DNA of 63,804 nucleotides, filler included, from Octopus bimaculoides (taxonomy: Eukaryota), in assembly GCF_001194135.2 (NCBI RefSeq). It is 5 parts of 5 records of this genome, joined end to end, with 100 filler letters (N's around TTAATTAATTAA, not from the genome) between each part and the next. Parts side by side here need not be neighbours in the genome. Positions count along the whole stretch, not along the records: positions 15,558 to 47,377 come from NC_068982.1; positions 47,478 to 59,920 come from NC_068988.1; 3 more parts are not named here. One strand, given 5' to 3'. The position numbers and the translations under genes were made by a program. Within the stretch, counting starts at the first letter, position 1; each line of letters begins with the position of its first letter. The notes under the pieces are model-generated. The model was given only the letters and a program-made list of their open reading frames with translations. It ran no database searches and had not been told where the DNA came from. Shown in pieces: positions 38,110-51,787 of the stretch.

Positions 38110-39070
38110 GTAACAGCCATAGGACCAAACTGGCAACCAAATGTGCAAAAGTATGTGGGAGCAACTGAAGGCCTCTTCAGAACCCTCTAAAACAACCACA
38201 AGTCTTCCTTCAAATTCTGGAGAGATGTAGTGTCACAACCCTGACCAAGCACGTTTGGTCTTTGAAAGAAAGTGCCACTGAGTACAGCATAAAGTGAAAG
38301 TATCCTAGAGAAATGTAAACCATATTTCAATAGCAACAGGAAGTACATCCTATCATACCTGTGTGCCCCATCATGACTACGATCCAATATCTTCCACCAA
38401 AACTGTGGAGTCTGGCAAAGAATTTGATCAGAGTATACACTAACACACCCACAAACAAACATGCATGTCCCAACATGGCAGACACATACCCAATAGACTG
38501 TTTTCTGCTACCCCCAAATATGAACTCCCACACACATTGTACCCCTACACACACTGCATGCAGAAATAAAGGCCCCATGAACTTAACCAATACATAAAAG
38601 AAAGAAAACAACTAACGAACACATATGTATGCCTAGACCCCTGCAAAGGATATACATATAGTACCATTACACAAATTTTATTTCCACAAGAACACCGACC
38701 TTAAGGACGCACACGTTTCCCACAAACACTTCAAGATAACTCTAACTGACTTGCAACATAACCACCTCAGTGGCAACGTTTTGATACCAATGGACAACTC
38801 TTAACTCAATCCCCTACTCGTTTCTTTTCTTTATCTTTTCACAGCAACTGCAAACTGGATGTGTCTATTCACCTCCGACAATAGAGAGCAGTCGCCGTAT
38901 TTCATTTCATATTGGCTACCTCTGATGAGCGTAGGGTTACATAATCGGATTGTTACCTAACACTCCATTGACTCCCTTTACAGTGAAACTGATTGGTAAG
39001 ATTGGCTGTAATGGATATATAATACTGTATACTTTGGATAATACACCCACTCTATTGACAGATATAGGAA
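38110..39070 (+). mobile_element. Penelope-like element remnants (GIY-YIG endonuclease pieces plus pLTR)
   Basis: YVGATEG..NNHKSSF..TLTKHVWSLKE..KCKPY, later SVA..FDTNG, and a degenerate hammerhead at 38918-39003. Confidence 0.7.
38918..39003 (+). ncRNA. Degenerate hammerhead motif with canonical core and extended stem II
   Basis: acct-CTGATGA-gcgtaggg...ccctttacagt-GAA-AC(tgattg)GT-A^-agat; stems imperfect. Confidence 0.45.
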
Positions 39071-39162
39071 TGCATTTTTTCATGAAATAGATGACTTATA
39101 TATACACACACACACACATATGTATGTATTATTTGGTAGACAGAAACTGGAAGAAGACTGTC

Positions 39163-39193
<31 letters not shown>

Positions 39194-40079
39194 CGGCGAC
39201 TGCAGCACTTGCGCTGTTCTGGCTTAGCCCAAATATAAATTTAGTAAAGTGAGTGTGTACTTGCAAGCGGATTTAATTTCTACCAACACTTACTTCAAGT
39301 ATGTAATTTCAGTCAATAACTTCAGCTCCTTTTATTGAGCCTGGTCGCAATTTACTTATTTTCGTTCAGTGTTTGGTGGTTGTCTTAGAGGTGCCCTGTG
39401 TCAATAAAAATCATTCGTAGCAGACATTCTCTCAACATCTTTCACATGCGCCTGACTAAGGCTCAGAACTTACAGCCTGAGTTGTTATCTATAATTGTAA
39501 AAATTAAAAAGTAATTCAAATTCACTGTTTTCTGGAAGCAATAAATTTCTATAGAGATTAGTATTTAAATTCCAATCTAAGAAAAGTTTCCGCTCTACAA
39601 TATTCTTAAAGGAACGAAATATTATCCAGCACCTCAGGCTAATGAATGAGCCTGATAGGTGTAAAAGACTAACTAGCATCTCTTGTCAAGAGTACAGGCG
39701 ACAGTCAGATCACTGATGTTTGTTGCGCACTCCGCTGACATTATTTGATTGGTGTTATTCTGTGTGTCTGTGTGTATAGATCAGCTGTGTTTTGCAGGGT
39801 TGCTTTATTTTTACCCTTAACTTTGAAATGGAGAAAGGCATAGTGCTAGATATAAAAAATAAGCCATTTGGGGTTAGAAATAAAGTGGAAAAATGTGAAA
39901 TCTGGGATGAGCTTGAGTGATGCTGATAACCTGGAGTCGCCTCTGATATATATATATGACAGTCTTCTTCCAGCTTCTGTCTACCAAATCCACTCACAAG
40001 GCTTTGGTCAGTCTGGAGCTAAATTAGAAAACACTAGCGCAAGGTGACATGTAATGGAACTGAACCTGAGACAACATGG

Positions 40080-41325
40080 TTGGGAAGCAAGCTTAAGACC
40101 ATTCATGATATCAATAAACACTGCTAAATGCACAAAACTTAGTAAAAGAATACTGAGGAGCCTATTGCCGAAATGTAGCATTCAAATCAAGGGGTGTGGC
40201 ACATATTTGTGTTAGGGATCAAAATCTAGAGACTATATGACCTATCAGATATACCTGTTTTGGGCTTACAAGTAAACAGATGTATTTTGCTGGGGATACC
40301 AATATGTTAATAATTGAAAACAAATAATCTTTTCTACTAGAGGCACAAGGCCTGATATTTGGGGAGAGGAGGCTCGTCTATTACATTAACTCCAGTATTT
40401 AGCTGGTACTTATTTCATTGACTTTGAAAGGATGAAGGGCAAATTCAACCTCGGTGGAATTTGAACTCAAGATGTGCAGACGGATGAAATGCTGCTAAGT
40501 ATTTTGCTCAGTGTGCTAACCATTCTACCAGCTTGCCACCTTAATCAAAACAAAACAAAAATACACAAAGAATACAGTTTGCCCTGTATATTGAAGACCA
40601 AAAATCAAGTATATGCAATTGAAGTAATATTAAAATAGCCATCTATGTATCATTTTTATGTACATACCCTGTCGATAGGCCAGTCATTGCAGTATTTGTC
40701 CAGAGATAATATCTTTTCTGGACATGGTGTGATAAAAACACAATAAATGTCAGTGGGAGATGAAAATTTGTCCCAGCAGCAGCAGTAGTCAGTAAGAATG
40801 CCAAACACTTTTGTGCCTTTTCAATGGTATGTTTTTGCAGCCAGTCACATACTCAGATGAGAATTCATTGCCTCTAATATAGGAAAAAGTCTCCCACCAG
40901 TATTTATTGTGTTTTTTAACACAGAACATCCAGAAGAGATATTAAGTCAGGACAAATACTGCAATCACTAACCCAGCATAGTAGGGAAGCAAGCTTAAGA
41001 ATATTGGTTTTATCAATAAACACTGCTAAATGCACAAAAAACTTAGTAAGAGAATACCGAGGAGCCTAATGCTGAAAAGTAGCATTCAAATCAAGGAGTA
41101 GAGCACATATTTGTGTTAGAGACCATAATCTAGATTCTATGACTTAACAGATATACCTGTTTTGGGCCAACAAGTAAATGGATGTATTTTGCTCAGGTTA
41201 CCAACATGTTAAAAAATGATAACAAAGGATACAGTTTGTTCTGTATATCGAAGACCAAAATTTGGGTATACATTCACAGTGAGTATACATTAAATATGAT
41301 ACATAGATGGTTATTTTATTGAAGA
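40080..41325. repeat. Diverged local duplication (copy 1 40080-40670 with SINE B inserted; copy 2 40983-41325)
   Basis: Shared gggaagcaagcttaag..tatcaataaacactgctaaatgcacaaaa..gtagcattcaaatcaagg..cagatatacctgttttgggc..gaagaccaaaa. Confidence 0.85.
40687..40964. repeat. Foldback/MITE with ~75-bp inverted arms
   Basis: ttgcagtatttgtcc..gtgggaga versus tctcccacc..ggacaaatactgcaa. Confidence 0.8.
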
Positions 41326-41539
41326 ACAATAATTATTGGCAAATGGTAGTCAATGATTTTTGATTTCAACAGTGTTGCATATACACATGTCCCACTATCA
41401 AAATTTTCAATCCCTGATTATTTCACAGCCTTATTGTTGTTGTTATGATCAATCAATCAGTTAGTTATTAGTGTCTTTACTGTAAATTACTTCATTAACG
41501 CTTCCCTTGCCTTCCACATCATATCAAAAATAAAATTAA

Positions 41540-43200
41540 AAATTGAAAAAATTGTTGAAAGAAGAAAATCGAGTCTTAAATGACAAATGGAAATTATAAA
41601 ATTTTGGAGTGTTTGATGGCAAAAAAATGGCTTGCCTTACTCTTTGATACCACACTTTCAATAATAAAGAAATGTAATGTGTTCCAGTATTATAGCACTC
41701 ATGAGGACAATAAATATGCCAAATAAAAGGTTGAGTCTCCAAAGATTACATTGAAGGAATTAAAAGACTGAAAGCAAAAGCAAAGACAATTATTCCATTC
41801 AAGGAATTGCTACAACTGAGGGAAATTATCAGGTCATTAAGAATGAAATGTCCGATTTTCTTATGCACCAAGTTTGACAGTCATTAACTTTAATGATCTA
41901 TCCTGAAAATTCTTTGTTTTACAACATTGAAGATTTACATCATCACTTTTTGAAATGCAATTCATGGTGTCTGATTATATTGTGAGTTTTCTCTTGTAAA
42001 TCAATTTTTGTGAACCCATGAATAAATAAAAAATTTGTGTTGTTTATGAATATGAGTTCCATCGTGGAATGCATCCCAGATAGTTCGAAACATCAATGAG
42101 GTGTCTGGTGAAGATGTGTCAAATGAGCACACTGTACGTTGGTGGATTGAGAAGTTCTGGTCTGGTGACTTTATGCTTGAAAATCAGCCCCATGGTAAAC
42201 CTGAGACCAAGGTGGATAATGATGAACTGAAAACTGTAGTGGAAGCAGTTACATCTCAAACAATGTGTGAGTTAGCAGCAAGGTTTGATGTTTTGATTCC
42301 AACTGTATTGGACCATCTGAAACAGATTGGCAGGGTAAAGAAGCTGGACAAGTGGGTACCACACAAACTGAATGCGCATCAAATGACACGTTGTCTTGAA
42401 ACTTGCTGTTCTTTGCTGTCACAGGATAAAAGTGAACCATTTTTGCATTATATTGTTATGTGTAATGAAAAATGGATTCTTTTCAACAATAGCAAGCATT
42501 CTGCATGGTGGACAGATAGAGATGAAGTGCCAAAACACAATCCCCCAAAAAGCTAATGGTGTCTGTTGGTGGTCCAGCGCTGGTCTCATCCACTACAGCT
42601 TCTTGAGACCTGGTAAGTCAATTACAGCAGATGTATACATCAACCAACTGGATGAAATGATGAATGAACTTGCAATTAAACAACCGAGACTGGTCAATAG
42701 AGACAGGCCAATTCTCAGGCTACATGTTGCAGAAAGAATGCTACTCAAGTTACAGGAACTGAACTTGGAAGTACTCTGTCATCCGTCATATTCACCAGAT
42801 CTTGCACCAACTGACTATCACATTTTCCAGGCATTGGACAAATTTTTGGAAGGAAAAAAATTCAAATCTGGAGATGCAAAAACAGCCCTTTGTGATTTCA
42901 GCACCTCTTGCACTCCAGAATTATTCTCTGCTGGTATAAATAAGCTACCGGTTAAATGGCAAAATTGTGTTGATAATTTAGGTGCATACTTTGATTAACT
43001 GCATTGCTTTTTGTTGAGATAAAGTAAAATAAACTTTCAGTTTAAAATCAGATATTTCATTGTCAGTGACCTGATATAATGTTTCATATTTACTTAGAGA
43101 GAAAGGTAAGCCATTTAGCAATATAGAGCTTCTAAAGGAGAATGTAATGTTGAATTTGCAAGGTGCATAGAACCAGATAAAATTAACAATTGTAGAGATA
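41540..43200 (+). mobile_element. hAT (Buster/GTF2IRD2-like) transposase N-terminal remnant, interrupted by a mariner
   Basis: EENRVLNDKWK..ACL before the insertion; rejoined junction reads TTEGNYNVSYLLREKGKPFSNIELLKE. Confidence 0.65.
41829..43074 (+). mobile_element. Full-length degenerate mariner (cecropia/Hsmar1-like)
   Basis: TIRs tcaggtca..aatgaaat.tc.gattt, TA duplications, WVPHKL, YSPDLAPTDYHIF. Confidence 0.95.
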
Positions 43201-43376
43201 TAGGTGCAGGTATGGCTGTGTGCTTTGAAGTTTGTTTCCCAATCACAGAGTTCTGGGTTCACTCCTACTGCATGAACTCCTGGGCAAGTGTCTTATTCTA
43301 TAGCCCAGTGCCAAACCAAAATCTTGTGGATGAATTTGGCAGATGGAAACTGTGTAGAATCCTATCATGTATAGCA

Positions 43377-43421
<45 letters not shown>

Positions 43422-43899
43422 GATAGGCAAAGTAGTTAGGGTATTTGGCTCATGACTGTAAGGTTGTGATTTCAAAAACTGGCAGTATATTGTGTCATTG
43501 AGCAAGACACTTTATTTCACATTGCTTGTCCACTCAGCTGGTAATTATGAATAGTACTTGAAATTCAAAGGGTCAGCCTTTTCATATTCTGTGTCATGCT
43601 GAATCTCCTCAAGAATTATGATAAAGCTATGCATGTTAATTTCATGAGCAGGGTGTTCTGTTGATCGGATCAACTGGAACCCTTGTCGTTGTAACCATCA
43701 GACTGCCAATAATACATGGTTAATAAAATCCTATTTTAAGTTTACAAACAAATAATTTTTATTTTTTAATACAGTACAATAAAAAAAAAGTAATCTAAAT
43801 TTAAAATTACAATTTGGCAGTGTTTACCATAGATCACAAACTATTTATTTATGAATGCGGTTTGCAAAAAGACATGGTAAAATAAAAGCCTTTTTTAAG

Positions 43900-46155
43900 C
43901 TTAAAAAACAAATTCAGTAATTATTATTATTTTGAAATAATTAAAAAAATTAAATTATTTAAAATTTACCAATATCTACATATAATTTGATGGTTTACAT
44001 TGCAGATGTAGATGGCTGTGGATCATCAACATCAACTACTGATGCTGGCTTTTCTTGTTTGGTGTGCTTAAAAAACCGGTTGAGAGTTCCTTGAACTGTT
44101 TTCTTCTTTTCCTCAAGGATGACATTATAAGGAGTAAAAGCTTCATGATAAGCTCCCAACAATCTTGGAAAAGTGTTGAGTATTTGGATCCATATCCTCA
44201 AACATAGAAAGACCTTTTTCAATACATGCAAATGCTTACAGCATTCTCTTAATGGTAAAGTGATGTGGCTCAGGTTTGACTTCCTCTTCTTTATTTTACT
44301 GTTTGTGAAGCTCTATCAAATCTTTGTTTGTCAGAGATTGTTTGTCTTTTTCAAATAAATCTGTGAAATCCTCTGCCTCCAAATTCATCTCCAGTTCTTT
44401 GCTCATAGTCACCAAAGTTTTGTTGATGACAACGTTATCAAACCCCTTAAAATCATTCATGAATTGTGGGCATGGCTTCTTCCATACACCATTCATAGTC
44501 ATGCTCTGTACATCATTCCATGCCACTGCTATGTTCTCTACAGCCTTGTAGATATCGTATCACTTCCAAAAGTCACGAAGTATGATGGACTCATCAAGAG
44601 CAGTTGCAGCTGTTGCTTTCTGCAGCATATGCTTCATATAGTAAAGCTTGAAGATAGCAATTATTCCCTGATCCACTGACTGCAGAAGAGACGAGGTGTT
44701 CGGAGGGAGGTATACAACAGTAACATTGGGGTCAAAATATACAATGTTTTGCAGATGGCCAGGAGCATTATCTAAGATAAGTAAAATCTTAAAAGGAATC
44801 CCCTTCTCCTTACAGCACGTCTCTGCTGCTGGGTTAAAATGGTTGAAGAACCAATCTTCAAAAGCAACAACAGTAATCCATACTCTTGAATTAGCCATCC
44901 ATATAACAGGGAGAGATGCCTCGGGTATGTTCTTCAGGGCACCAGGGTTGTGTGCATGATACACAAGCAATGGCTTTAACTTAAAATCTCCTGCATAATT
45001 ACCTCCCAACATAATGGTCACATGTTCTTTTGAGACTTTGTAGCTTGGAATAGTTTTCTCCTCCTTGGAAATGAATGAACAGTCTGGAAATTTTTTCTAA
45101 TACAATCCAGTTTCGTCTATGTAAAAAATCTTTTCGGGAAGAAATCTGTTTTCTTCAGTGATTTTCTTTAATGCACTAGGAAATTCCACTGCTGCTTGTT
45201 TGTCAGCTGATGCACTTTCACCTTACTTCTTAATGGATTGATAACTTCTTCACTCCTCAGATCTCATGAACCATCCTTGACTTGCCTTGAACTCTACATC
45301 TTTCTCATTTCGATATTTTTTTCTTCAGGTCCTCAAACAAAGACAACGCTTTCTCTTGAATGATTTCTTGACTAATAGTAGCACACTGACGATTCAACCT
45401 AACAATCCAAAGAGAAAGAAGACTTTCCTTTTCTTCAAAGATTTTGCTTCTTTTTTTATTGATGACAGTGTTCTTCATCCCTGGGGCTTCAGATTTGATA
45501 TGTGCTAAAATCTTGTCCTTACTATGTACAATTGTCAATACAGTCGACTCATCCCAAAAGATTGTGCAATTGCTACCACTTTTTCACCTTTTTCATGGCG
45601 TTTTACCATAACCAGTTTATCTTCCAGCATTATAGCATGATGCTTAGCACTTTCACTATGAATTTTCTAAGGAGCCATGAGGATAGAAAATAAAGTCACA
45701 AATGAATGAGAATGAGAATGTAGCCAATAAACAAACGTAAACAAATCTGAATTCAAAACAATTGCGGGAACCACGAGTGACAACGATGCCTAATGGTAGA
45801 TCTTGGAACTACAGTGCAATATGTGCTCCGAAAGACCAATAAATAAGACAACACAGCTGATTTCATGATTTCATTTACTAAGCTACACTACTTTATGGCG
45901 TGTATCTTAACATTTACTGTACATATTTTAATATGATTTTATATGCTTTTATACTTATTTATTGTACAGCAACATGATTTTATGTGCTTTTAACAGTTTT
46001 CTAGTGATTTTACAATTCCAATATTTGTGGTGGACAGAGGTAAAGTTGAGTAAAATGACTTAACTTGATTTTTATTTTTCCATATATTATTTTTGAAAAC
46101 CGACATATAATCGAGAACAACTTAAATTGAAATGACTTAAGCTGAGGCATGCCTG
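43900..46155 (-). mobile_element. Tigger/pogo DNA transposon, degenerate
   Basis: CENP-B-like HTH, DDE_1 motifs FKLKPLLVYH and ILLILDNAPGH, C-terminal PQPSTS; 5' TIR caggcatgcctc at 46155. The other TIR was not identified. Confidence 0.9.
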
Positions 46156-46279
46156 TGTATATATATATTTAGAAAAAGAAGGCAGTCAGAATTTGGATAA
46201 AAACTTTATTTAGTGCTTTTGTTCCTTTCAGGGATTCATCATGACTTATCATGACGAATCCCTGTACACCACTTCAAAG

Positions 46280-46318
<39 letters not shown>

Positions 46319-46768
46319 ATGCGCGTGTGTGTTTGTTTTTGTTTTTGTCCTTGTCCCTCCATCATCACTTGACAACCAGTGTTGGTTTGTTTACATCCCT
46401 GTAACATAGCAATCAGTCCAGCAAAAAGAGGCTGATAGAATAAGTATCATACTTAAAAAACATAAGTACTGGGGTCATTTTGTTTGACTAAGCCTTTCAA
46501 ACCAGTGTTCCCGTATTGTCACAGCCCAATGACTGAAACAAGTAAACAATAAAAGACAATGTACATCTAACAAGAAGAACTGATGCAGATCAGCAACACA
46601 AATTAGTCTGCAATATAACAAATCGACTTCAAAAAATAAATCCAAAGAGAAACTATATTAGACTTTATATTAATCCTCACTGCACTGATTAAATTTATAC
46701 TGCTGATGTAACGCTAATCACATGTAAATTAATTCTTGCAGCCTCTTTCTATTGACTAATTCCTTCAG

Positions 46769-46800
46769 ATGATGAGCCTTTGTGCTGGAAATATATAAAG
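46769..46800 (+). CDS. Candidate 32-nt exon (xDEPLCWKYIK)
   Basis: gactaattccttcag acceptor with branch-like site; weak AAG|GTTATT donor. Confidence 0.2.
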
Positions 46801-47126
46801 GTTATTAAACATTTTCCTTTTTGTAAGAAGCTCTGCATCTTAACTACTTTACTGATAACATAGGTGCAAGTGTGGCTGTGTGGTTAATAAGTTTACTTCT
46901 CAGCCACATGGTTTTGGGTTCAGTCCCACTGCAAGGTACCATAGGCAAATTTTTTTATGATAGGCCTGGGCCAACCAAAGCCTTGTGAGTAGAAATGGTA
47001 GATGGAAACTGAAAGAAGCTCATTTGTTCTAGCCAAACTGTCCAACCTATGCCAGCATGGGAAAAAGGTTGTTAAATGATGATGATTATATATATATATA
47101 TATATATGTATATGTATATATATGTA

Positions 47127-47377
47127 TATATATATATATATAATTGAAGGGCCTTAGAGTCAACCTAGCTAAAACCAAAATCCTAATAAGTAGGAAGGTA
47201 GATAAAACACAAACCCCTTCAGGTAGATGGCCCTGCTCAATATGTAGAAAAGGAGTAGGTAGTAACTCTATAAGATGTACCCGGTGCAAGCTATGGACAC
47301 ATAAGAGGTGCAGCAACATCAAAGGCAGGTTAACTAGCAAGTTAGTTTTTGTTTGTGGCAGATGTTCAGGTGCAATA
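47127..47377 (+). mobile_element. RTE-like LINE fragment with Cys/His (PHD-like) insertion
   Basis: KGLRVNLAKTK followed by WPCSICRKGVGSNSIRCTRCKLWTHKRCS..FVCGRC. Confidence 0.85.
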
Positions 47378-47477
47378 NNNNNNNNNNNNNNNNNNNNNNN
47401 NNNNNNNNNNNNNNNNNNNNNTTAATTAATTAANNNNNNNNNNNNNNNNNNNNNNNNNNNNNNNNNNNNNNNNNNNN

Positions 47478-47508
<31 letters not shown>

Positions 47509-47965
47509 CATATACATACATACATACATGTGTTTGTGTGTGTGTGTGTCCATGTAACTGTATGCTTTGGGAATTATATGTAGAGATATCAATGTCTAAG
47601 AGTTTATTTGTATGCACATAGGGTGATCATTGTAAAATGTCTGTGGAGAGGAACAATAAAAAAGAATTATGTATGGATATCAAGTGAAGTGATTCCAGGA
47701 AATGATAAAGATTGCTGATATCATAGGAAAAAATTTGAACAGCAGAATACTACAGTTAGGAAGGTAATTGAGAGATCAGAGTTATAGAGAGATGATGGGT
47801 CATGAGAAAGATACGAGTAGGAAATTGATTGAGGGGTGCAACTTTGTGGGGGGGGGTATGCTTTGGTGACTGCTAGTCTTCCATAAACAACCTTGTCCAG
47901 ACTTGTGCCTCAGAGAAGAACTTTCCAGGTGCAATCCCATGGTCATTCTTGACCAAAAGATGTTT

Positions 47966-48101
<136 letters not shown>

Positions 48102-48229
48102 CGCACATACATACATATATACATATATATACATACATTGCGTATCCAGAATCTCAGTTTCTATGGGATAGGTGTGCTTTCTGCATATCTCCATTCATGC
48201 CTGTCTTTTTGCCATCTTCTCCCTGAAGT

Positions 48230-49040
48230 TCTGTGTCCTAAGATCAGCTCTTATACTTCATATATCTTTCTGGATCTACCTCTAAATTAAGTGACCGGTG
48301 CTTCTTTATGCAACTGTTCTCATCTATACACATCACATGACCACAGAAGTACAGTCTTCTCTCTTGCACACTACATCTGAGTACTCTTATATTCAATTTT
48401 TCCTTCAACTCATTTTGTATTTTACAGTTCATACATACTAACATTACACATCCTGTGAACCAGGCTAGCTTCATTCCTTTCTAGTTTTTCTCTAGTCCTC
48501 TGCATTTACGGCCCATATTTCACTACCATGTAACATTGCTGTTCATAGACAAGCATCAAACAATCTGCCTTTTACTCTGAGGGAAAAACCTTTCATTGCT
48601 AACAGCAGTAACAGTGCTCAGACTTTTCTCCAGTTAGCCCTTATTCTAGCAACTATATTTTCAGAGTATCCTTCCCCTAGGTGACAAATTATCTACTACC
48701 TCAAGGGAACTTCCTCTGTTAACCTGCCTCTAATACCACTGCATCACTTGTGTGTCCATAGTTTGCACTGGTATACTATTTGGAATTTCTACCTATTGAA
48801 CAAAGTCTTTTTCCTGATGGAAGCAGAGAGCTGTCTGTTTTCCTACTTACCCAAACTTTGTCTTTGCTAAGTTAATTTCCAGGTTTTGTTTCCACACTTG
48901 GAATTTCTTTTCTAAGACTGCAGCAAATTCAGCAATAATAACAAGGTCATCAACATGAAGTAGTAGTTCCTATGGCAACTTCTCTCAAATACCCCTGTGT
49001 GGCTTTGAGGCCTATGGTGAATGGGGGTGGTCTGAGAACC
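48230..49040 (-). mobile_element. RTE-like LINE RT C-terminal remnant
   Basis: DDLVIIAE, RVKGRLFDAC, MLHGSEIW, QERRLYFCGHV. Confidence 0.85.
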
Positions 49041-49060
49041 AAACCTCAATGAGTGTGTGT

Positions 49061-49467
49061 GTGTGTCTTTAGATAAGTTTGTGTACATATTTGCATGTAA
49101 CTATCTTTTTGATATGACTTTACTCTATACTGTTTTCACCTCCTATTGTTTTCTCTATCATCTTTCTCTAATTCTCTTTCTTTCTCCCCTTCACCGATTT
49201 CTATCTGTCTTTCTCTCCCATCTTTCTTCTTTACTCTCTTTCGTTGCTCACACGTGACCATTGTCCATCTTTCTTTTCCTCATGTGATCATCTTTCTTTT
49301 CTTTCAGGGCTGTCCTAAGGATTGGACATACCCTATTTCTTTCTTCTGTCTTTTCTCTTGTCAAAGAAAATATTTATCCAGTGTTTGGTATTTTACAGTA
49401 TAGAGTAGAGTCGCATGAAAAAGATAGTTACATGCAAATATATACACAAACTTATCTAAAGACACAC
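49061..49467. repeat. Foldback element, ~73-bp arms around a pyrimidine-rich core
   Basis: gtgtgtctttagataagtttgtgta..tactgt versus acagta..cttatctaaagacacac. Confidence 0.85.
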
Positions 49468-49525
49468 ATGCACACATACACACATGCTTCCTGTTGATGA
49501 TGTCCTGTACACATACATGCATATA

Positions 49526-49575
<50 letters not shown>

Positions 49576-49626
49576 CATACATACATACATATATATATAC
49601 ATATATATNNNNNNNNNNNNNNNNNN

Positions 49627-49723
<97 letters not shown>

Positions 49724-50077
49724 TCATCATCATCATCATCGTTTAACGTCCGCTTTCCATGCTAGCATGGGTTGGACATATATACATATATATATGTATA
49801 CATATATATATATATTGTTTATATTATCTTTTATATATATACAGCAAAACTAACGCCCTTTTGTAATTGAGTTTGCCAGTTTCTCATTGAGTTTCTTTTT
49901 TATTTCCTAAAACTTCTGTGACTTTTTCATTAGTTTATTATCCGTTTTTTTAAGTAATGCAATAAATTTGTGTTCAATAAAAAATTACTTAATAAACATT
50001 TATATATTATAAAAGTTATTAAATGCAAAAAGAGCATTACTTCTNNNNNNNNNNATTACTTCTGCCCCCCCCCCCTC

Positions 50078-50126
<49 letters not shown>

Positions 50127-50404
50127 GCGAAGGCAGTAATGCACAATATAAAACCAAAAAGAAAAAATTCAATTGTCACTTATTGTGACTGAGGGTGCTG
50201 GGTAGTACCTATATTGCTAGAAATAGGAGTTAAAAACCTTTAGAGCCACATGAAAGCACATTTTCATATACTGACAAGGGAGTGTATGTGTATGTGTGTA
50301 TGAATATATTTATGTGTATGTCTGTGTATGTATGCACATACACACACATATATATGTATATGTACAAAAATGCAGACAGAAAGTCAGCAATAAGTGCAGC
50401 AGTG

Positions 50405-51180
50405 AATGCACAGGTATTCAGTTCTCAGACCCACTCCATTTATTATAGTTCTTCAGGCCATTACAGTGGAGGATGTTGTTTAAAGCTAGCACCATTTGGA
50501 GGATCATGTTCTTATAGCTGAACTAGAGTAGAATTAGAGAAGAAATTGCAGATGTCAAGCAAAATGTAAAATCAAGAGGCCTAAAAGTAAACTTAGTAAA
50601 GACTAGAATACTTAAAGGTAAGACAGAACCTTGCTACTTTCAGAGATATGGCTTTGTTTGATATGTGGAAAAATAGGTAGAAATTCCATACATCATACTC
50701 AATGTAAACTATGGCTGCACAAAAGATGTAATGATATCAAAGGCTTAATAGTAAAGACAGACTTTGTATGCTGCAGATAAGAGGAGTGAGGAAAACTAAG
50801 AGTATGCAGGAAATATATTCTCACAAAAGTAAATGATAGTTTCACTTACCTAGAAGATCCAATTAACAGTGGAGGAGGATGCTCTGGAAGTATAATAGAC
50901 TGAATAAGAACAGGCTGGAGAAGGTTCAGGGAACTACTGCCGTTACTGGCAACTAAGGATTTCTCTTTTAATTTGAAAGGTAGATTGTTATGATGCTTAT
51001 ATACCAAATACAGTGCTACATGGTAGTGAGACAGGCCCTGGACGCAGAGGACTTGTGAGGAATAGAAAGAAATTATATAAACATGCTCTGCTGGAAGTGT
51101 AATGATTGTGTCCTTGAGTCACAGAATACAAATGAGCCCAAAGAAAAAAAGAGTGTAAGAGGAATCAGATGTAGTGTGCT
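50405..51180 (+). mobile_element. RTE-like LINE remnant, same family as 47.1k
   Basis: FIIVLQAIT, RGLKVNLVKT, CKLWLHKRC, VLHGSET. Confidence 0.8.
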
Positions 51181-51754
51181 TATTTAGCCACAAACTGATA
51201 TAGATACCTACTCAGCCATCCCACCCTGGGCCCAGCTGGATGGAAAGAGTGCTGCACCAGCACCTAACCAGTACGAATTTTCGTTTGATAGGGGCAGCAT
51301 GAAATAAAGTGCCCTTCTCAAGAAGACAATACACAGCCCAATTCAGGAATTGAACCTATGACCTTATGATATTGAATCCAACACCATAATCACAAGGCCA
51401 CACAGAAATAAAGAATAGTTGTGTAACTGAGGAGTTTGCTTCATAACTTTATGGTTTCACACTCCTCATTAGCTCACAGTCCTATTTTAAATATCTGGAC
51501 CCTTCCTCTTCCTTATCCTCTGCATTTCAATGTCCACTTTTCTAATGCTTTCATGTGTTAGTGAATTCCTTGAGGCAGATTTTCTCTGACTGAATGCTTT
51601 TCCTGTTACCAACCCTCACTTGTTTCCCAGGAAAGCAATATTTCCTCATGACTAGACATCTTTTAATGCAAGATTAAAAGTCAAAGGCACTACTTGTATG
51701 ATGGTGATGCTCATTTACAGCTATTATGTGATTCCAAGATGAGGAAATACAAAC

Positions 51755-51787
<33 letters not shown>

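Noticed and set aside
39191-39737. cagcgg...ccgctg termini suggesting a hAT MITE
   Set aside because: Only 6 bp match and no 8-bp TSD.
49305-49400. GCPKDWTY, C-type-lectin-like start after a strong acceptor
   Set aside because: Lies within a foldback repeat and lacks further lectin motifs.
50430-50520. Minus-strand exon candidate SYKNMILQMV..
   Set aside because: Antisense of the RTE RT remnant.
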